From the human T2T-CHM13v2.0 reference genome, Homo sapiens: a DNA stretch of 64,000 nucleotides. This document shows positions 56,557 through 64,000 of this stretch, one piece after another; positions within the stretch are counted from its first letter, which is position 1, and each line of letters opens with the position of its first letter. The stretch lies in NCBI RefSeq assembly GCF_009914755.1, contig NC_060928.1. One strand, given 5' to 3'. The position numbers and the translations under genes were made by a program. Under the pieces are notes generated by a model that had not been told where the DNA came from, did no database searches, and saw nothing but the letters and a program-made list of their open reading frames with translations.

Positions 56557-58372
56557 TGGTGGATATGGGAAACAAAATTAAAGAAAGCAGTCCCTGATTT
56601 AGTAACTTACAGATGATAAGGAACAGAAGAGGAGGAGGGGAAAAAGCTACAGGTGCACTGCCATGAGTACATTATGACCACCATTTTACCTGTGCAGGTT
56701 GTTTTCTCATTTAAAAAATGGGAAGTCACACCGATCCAGATATTCCTTCTCTGGCCTACATTTCTGATGCATAGGAGAACCAGCACATGACAGAGCCCAA
56801 ATTAGTTCATCCCTGGTCACAGACTCAAATATATGTTTCCAGAATGTCATTTCAAATCTGAAGCTTTAAGTTTATGCTTCACTATTGGTCCTTTGCACTA
56901 TATTTATAGAGCACAGTGCACTGCATATAACTGCTTGACATTTTTCTGTTAATTAACAGGGCCTCTGCTCTCACCAACAATGACAGTAATCAAATGGCTC
57001 TTACTGTATGTACCAAACATGTTAAAATTCCAAAACAAAAATTTTATGTGACTATTCAGTGTGGTAAATTGATTCCTGAAAGAAGCTATGTCAAACAGAC
57101 TTCAATGGTGAACAAAATTCTACCATTTCTTTTTCTATATAATGATTTCAGATAAGCTTTTATGATTTATCCTGATTGGAAGTGACTAACAAAATTCAAC
57201 TTTTGGTTTTTCTATTCTACTTGCCCCCGTCCCTCTTACTTACTAAATAGATTGCATGGATACCATAGATGTGATTAAATGAATATCAGGAGTGAAAAAG
57301 AAAGAGGGCAATAGGAAGACTATTAACTATATTTAAATATGTTTTGTTTTAGATAATTATAATAATTGTGCTTTCTACCTTCATAAATTTGCTGTTTGCA
57401 ATGGTCTTTTTGAAATAGAGAAAATGCTTCAAATATTAGATTGTCACTTAATAGATGTTTTCACCATATGAAATGTAAAATTGATAATAAAATGGCAGTG
57501 AAAGAATGAGATAAAGGGTCATTCAGATAGCTGTATGTTAAGTTAAAATGTTTAGTACTTAACAGCAAGATTTACTAAAGACAAATGAGAGGTGAGAATT
57601 GTTGCTGAATCTCCAATTGCTATTTTAAATCTTACATGGTGAGTGTATGTCCAAAAATTGCAAATTATTTTAGCTAATAAAGAGTGTTTAAATAACTGTA
57701 GCCACAGCTACATGCTTCATTCAAAACTAATAAAGCCAGTAAGTTAATAACAGTAATTAACTCCCACTGCACTATACTCTCTTCTATAGATGCTTTGTAA
57801 CATACAGTTGATATTTAAGGAGTTTGGAAAAGCAAAACACAGAAAAAGAGATGATGTGTGTGTGATGGATATGGGGGGGAATCTTATATCAAGAAAAATA
57901 AATATATTTGCTGCATAATTGTGTATGCCCCCACAAGATCTATGAGTTTATGAGAACACAGCAGATCATTAATTCTTAAATAACCAAGAATGGCAAGCAT
58001 AGTTTCTCCATGAAGAACCAGTAATTCTTCAAGAGCCTTTTAAAATACCTGGTTAACTCAGACATTGAGTGAAAGGACTATCAGTATGAAAACATGTTGA
58101 GGAGGAGGGTCAAGAAGATTCAAAAGATGGGGAATTAAACTAAGACAGTAGGAAGTGGCATGTGATATATGCTGAATACACAGCATAAAATGTTCTTATT
58201 CACTCAGAAATTATTTCAGCTAACATTTTGAAAGATCTCTGGAGGTAGTAGGTTAAATGTCATTTTGGGATTTCTTTTTGCTATATTTTTTTTTTAGGAT
58301 TTCCTTTTATTCACCTTATACAAAAGGCCATTTGTCAAGTTCAAGAATAGGAAGGACACAGTGCCAGTGGGC

Positions 58373-58397
58373 TGTTGTTGTTGTTGTTGTTGTTGTT
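58373..58397. repeat. (GTT)n microsatellite
   Basis: Read directly from the sequence. Confidence 0.9.
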
Positions 58398-59189
58398 AAG
58401 AAAGTGAGTTTACATCCCAGCATGGTGCCCAAAATGGTGTCCAAAGTGCCTCAAGAGCAACTGCAGAGCAAATGGAATTTCTACATGAACTCAAGGGCTA
58501 CTGAAACCAGTCTATATGCAGAGAATTATCTAGATCAGACCCATATCCTATTGATTTGAGCAATAAAAGAAAAAAAACCTTTATTTTCTTGTGTATTTTG
58601 TGCAACACACACACAAACAACAAGAAAAAAGTACTCAAAGCAACAAACAAAACACACTTAGCAACTCCATGGGGAAAAAGGTCAGGCTACTATTGACAAG
58701 TATGTAAAGACACCTCCTAAACCATGGGAAAACATGTAGAAATCGTTTCGACTCACTGCATTCAGAACCCATGGAAGGGAATCACAAAACTGCACTTTGG
58801 CATTGTTGGCCTGAAAGGATATCTATTTATCATCTTATAAGACAGCTCGAATGATCTTTATCTACTTTGCCCACTTTCTGACCCAAATTCAGGGTTTTTA
58901 TGGAAAATTGCAGTCAGTTTGATTGATGAAATCCAAAGATGTCTAAAATGGCACCAAAGATCTCCAACTGTGCAGACTCCAACCGAGGACTTCAATGTTG
59001 GCATTGTTCCTGAAGGAATAAAAAAAAAGAAAAAGAAAATGTTGAGAAAAACAGGCAAAAGTTAGGGAATTTCTGCTTTAAAAACTTCAAATTTCAATGA
59101 AGATCCCCAAACCCATTATCCCTGTTCACACGTGCGAACTGGGAGGACATCAAAGTATTTCCCACACATCGCAACAAAACCGGGTTCCT

Positions 59190-59640
59190 CTTGAACCAAC
59201 AAACCTTTTTTGTAACCGGCTGAATGGCTGTATCTACGGAGCCAGTAGGTTGCGGAAAGGCGTTCGCAGGGTGGAGGAGCGGGTAGTTGGGGAACCGGGC
59301 GCGCCTGATGGGGCGCAGGAAGGAAAAACTGATCGACGCAATGGCCCCCGCCACCGGCCATTTGGGGCTTTCAAACGCCCTAACGAGGAGTCCGAGCGGC
59401 CACTGAAAGCCTCCCTGTTCCTGGGCAGGGCAGCCAGAGTGCCCTCCCCTCTCCCTTCCCAGCCTCCCGGCGGCGCCACCATTAACCCGGAGCCAGACCC
59501 AGGCGGAGGCCCCGGCGCCGAGGCCCGCGGAAGCAAGAGACAGCCCTGATAGTCTTCTAAACCCGGTCCAGTTTCGAGGACGACGCATTATAGTGGAATA
59601 TTGTCACCTGCCTAATTGTTCTAAGCGGGCCTCTGCCCCT
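59190..59640. promoter_or_regulatory. Small CpG island
   Basis: High GC and CpG density (ccgggcgcgcc, cccggcggcgcc, cccggcgccgaggcccgcgg) in unique sequence. Confidence 0.75.
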
Positions 59641-61769
59641 CCCCCATTAGTAATAATAGCTTAAACGCTCTTCCTCCCCGGTTACCAGGCCCAGGAGCTG
59701 ATGAATGAACCCCCTCGTAGGGGAAAATCTTGGGAGCTGTCTTCTGTCCTATTACCCAAGGGGGCCGACTATAAATCTTCCTTCATTTTAACCACATTTA
59801 CCCTCATCCTCCTCCAGGCTAGGGATGCTGCGTTAAGATTGCACTGATGTGCCAACGCTCTGGACCAGCTGCTCCTAAATACAGACAGGTCCTTGTCAAT
59901 TAAGGCTTTGAGAAGCAGGTCCTCGGGCCCTGGGGCATTGGAGCAGCCAGCAGCGTGCAGCCCCCACAATTAGTATCCATTTGGAAGGGACCTTCAGGGC
60001 ACAAATGCACAGGCAAAGGAAGAATCAAAACACCAGGCAACTTCAATTCTGGAAATTGGTCTTGTAAGTGTTGTGAAACTGAACAGACGGCCCCCAAGAA
60101 GGGAGCTAAGATTTCTGGTGCGAGAGGGGCCTCTCCTGCCCCCCTTCTCAAGATCATCCCTTTGTTTTGTTTCAAGCCAGGCAGTAGATTGAGTTTGTGG
60201 ATAGGTTTAAGGGGAAAGAAAGACAAATGAATACATTCATTTGCCCGTTTCAAGCTGAAGTTGTCTTTTGTGGCCACCTCAAGCAGCTGGTCAATCCTGC
60301 CCAGACCCTGGCCTTTGGCCCAGGGGGCGCTGGACAAGACAGGCGCTCCAAGGAGAAGAGCTGCGATGTATCAGGTCAGCAAGGCCAATCCGCCGGTGGG
60401 CCAGGCAGAACATTAGCAGCTAAACAAAACCCAAAAGGCTCAGGGGGCCTAGGGCACCACTAGGGAAGGTGTTTGTTGAAGCAATTAGGAGCAGTTGGTA
60501 GTTAGGGGCGGAGAAGAGGGCAGAGCTTGTGACACAGGGCAACTTAGCTGGACAGCAAGGGTGGACATTCAGAGGACATCACTGTTTAAAAATGTGTGAC
60601 CCCACCAAGTTCAAGAACAGAGCAAACAGCACAGGCCATTAGGGACAGCCGTCAAACGGATGGCAACAAAGCCAAGAGGGGCATTGAGAAAAATCTTTCA
60701 ATATTAAATATGGAAAAGTATTGGGGACCAGGGCAGAGGGTCAATGAAAGTCAACAAGAGTGTAGGCTTAATGAGATAAAGAATTTAATATCAAAAATGC
60801 ATAAATCTGCAAGGAAGGCAGCCCCATAATGGAGATAAAAGAACCAGTTCAGTCAACATTCTGTGATAATGGCACCATAATAGATAGCATCAGGTTGTTA
60901 ACATTGAACACAAAAGTTAAGAGAATGAAAGGAAAGGCAGCTCCCTTAATTGAGAACCTGCTGGAAGATTTCCACAGGCCAAATGGGGTGAATGCCTTGC
61001 TAGCTGCTTTGCCAATGTTCTGAGCATCAGGAGAAAGGTGGGCCTTATTTTTCTTGAGGTTTCCTCACCACCCAACTTTTCCCCCTTCCAAGGCTTCCCC
61101 CTGAGAGGCGCACATTTTCTCTCTAAGAGTCAAAGTCCTTTCTCTCAAAACACATTGTGATTTTCCTCCACCTGTTTGAGCAAGGACATAAAGCTTCTTT
61201 TAAAAGTAACTTCACCTCCCTAACCTAAGTAAGCTAACAAAGTTCTTAGCAAGGAGTATATTATAAAAAGAATAGTTTGGGTTTTGTTTTATTTTTCCTG
61301 CTATGAATAAAAACATGTATTTCTTCAGAAGGGACGATCAGCCAAAAAGCTTCAAAAGACTTTTTCACTTTCCTCACTTTTTTCCGATCAATAGTAAATC
61401 TTATTTTCAAGGAATCTTCCAAGCAACAGAGTCCTTAAAATTCATTAAAGCTTACTGAAGCAAGTACTTCTGCTGTATGTGCCAGATATCTCTGGGACTT
61501 TAGCTGTACATGAAAAAGACCGTCTCTTTCGTATCCACAGGTAGATGCTGAAAATCAAGGAGAGAATGTCCTATGCTGACAGCAGCACAGCAAATGGTAT
61601 GTCATTCCAATTGTGTACATCTGGTGCCCAAGACTCTAATTGTTGCTGCACCAAAAGAAAGGGGAAACCCATCTTCCTGGCACTCGTTATTTGGGAATGC
61701 CTTCTGCAGAGTGGAGTCATAGCTTCTTGTTTGTCTTTTTAATTTCCATGATACTTGTTAGTTTTCAAA

Positions 61770-62270
61770 ACACATTTACATGCATTATCGAGTTGATCCT
61801 CACAACTATTTTGTAGAGTGAATAGTGCAGACATTATTAGTCCCATTGTCTATGAGAGGAAGCAGATTCAGAAATATCAAATAAGCCAACTAACTTATCA
61901 ATGACAGTCCGATTTCTAACCTAGTGTGTGTTTTACATCTTCCCTGTACTTTGTCCTCCATGATTTGGAATTGGGAGTACAGAGGCATGGTCAGAAACTG
62001 TTATCTCCCTCAAGCCTGTGCAGGCACCTTGATGTTCATGCCTATCTGGGCTGTGAATAGTGCCTGTTTTAGTACATCTAGAGGACTTAGGGGACTGCAG
62101 AGCATGTCCCCTAATGTCCAATGCCCTCATTTCACAGAAATGTGACATTTCATAATGTCCAATGCCCTCATTTCACAGAAGACAAAACTGAGGCTCAGAG
62201 TCCTTCAATGCCTGACCGAGGTCCCCAAGTCAGGAGCTGGTAAATCTAGGCTGAACCAAAATCCCGTAGT
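61770..62270 (-). mobile_element. MIR fragments
   Basis: gatcctcacaac...attattagtcccatt...; ctcatttcacagaagacaaaactgaggctcagag. Confidence 0.65.
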
Positions 62271-62463
62271 ACCACAAACAAGTTACAGCAGAAACTCTTC
62301 AGTGTCCACTACACCTGATTTTCTGTTTTGTTTGTTTGTTTGTTGTTTTGTTTTCTTTCTTTCTTTTAATCTCATATGGGACTATCTCCTCACAAACATT
62401 TTTGGACTCAATTAAAGAATAACTAATGGCTAGTAAATGAATAGATGGGTTTAGGGAGACTAA

Positions 62464-62818
<355 letters not shown>

Positions 62819-64000
62819 CAAAAAAAAAAAAAAAGGAAAAAAATGTGTTATAAGAAAAACTGGCCCCAGAGTTTTGGAATCCTGAAATTACTGTTTGTTT
62901 TGATTTGATTTGATACAGCTGCTAAGTCAAGGTCTTGTTCCTGCAACTGCTGCTTCCCTCACCCATGAACAAGGAAAGCCCAGGCCACAGGGCCTGTGTT
63001 CAACAGAGCTTACTCTGGCCAGGCCCAGCCTCAGCTCCTCCCATATTCCTCTGCGGATGGAGACATCAGGGACAGTTAGGGTCCTAAACCTATCAGGGGT
63101 AGATAAGACTCTGTACCATCACACTTGGGAGTCACTCTGGCCATCTGACCTCTAAGAGCCCTTCCATCTCTAAATTCTGAGATACTGTCCTGATCTTCTG
63201 ACTTGTAGCCACCTGGGACTAAGTAGGCAGGAAATGGCAGGTAGGAAGGCTGCTGCAGGCAATGCTACCCACCCCCCACCTAGAGGACGCCTTGGAGAGC
63301 AAAGCTGGCTCTGGCATCCCCAGGCCCATGCCAGCTGGAGTGACCAGACCAGGCAATTTCCACAGAATTCTCTGAATCATTCCCATCCTCTTTCCACCAT
63401 CAGCTCCCTCCTGTCTTGGCACCTGGTGACCGCAGTGCATGGCGCCAGCTTGGCACTTCCAGGGCTGGCCCCTTCCTAACCCTGCCAGATCAGGTCAGCG
63501 AGAGAGCACACGTGGGGCACCTGGCTGCTTCTGCCAACTGGCCTTGTCGCCTAGCTGCACCCTTAGACAGCCAGGACCAAGCAGGGCATCAGCACTCCTG
63601 AGAACTGCTGTCCTCTTCACCCTTTTGGCCCCCACTCCCACCCCAGCTACCAGGGGAGAGGATTTTGGAGACCTGACCACTTCCTGGAGCACCAAGTGTC
63701 TGTAGGCCACCTTGCAAAACTCAGGACACCCGGAACAGCACACTTGTGCCCGCAGCATAAACAGGGAGAAACCTGTCTTCGCAGGAGGGAACTGTCCTCC
63801 ATGATTTGGAAGGGCAATGTGAATTCCAACATATACCAGAGACCGAACTAGAGGTGAATAAGCCGAGGCTAGAATATGCAGTTTTAAAAGTTTTTTTTCT
63901 ATAGAAAAATGTAAGTTAGCTAAATGCAACAAAAGATTTTCCGCGGGTTCAGGAGGTCAAGCAGATGTAGACAAGCTCAGGGGAGTTATTTATGTCAAGT

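Noticed and set aside
59094-59588. 150- and 164-aa ORFs on opposite strands
   Set aside because: Stop-poor GC-rich island sequence with no recognisable domain.

Overview
Primate genomic DNA, probably human or another catarrhine (AluJ/S/Y, L1PA, THE1/MST, HSMAR2). I see no intact protein-coding gene; the ORF track is almost all Alu-, microsatellite- or GC-derived noise. Positions 1-42 kb are a dense archive of transposable elements: a full-length decayed HSMAR2 mariner, an ERVL-class (LTR16/ERV3-16A3-like) provirus with nested insertions, and an HMGB1 processed pseudogene interrupted by an Alu and a 5'-inverted L1. Positions 42-62 kb are markedly repeat-poor, with enhancer-like unique sequence and two CpG-rich islands that show no coding exon, resembling the regulatory landscape next to a developmental gene (inference; locus not identified). 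The most unusual structures are a ~275-bp-arm inverted duplication with a perfect 68-bp core (48555-49347) and an inverted-plus-direct templated duplication abutting the HMGB1 retrocopy tail (26502-27375). I found no convincing new multi-gene biological system. Repeat family and subfamily names come from recalled consensus sequences, and boundaries of old repeats are approximate.
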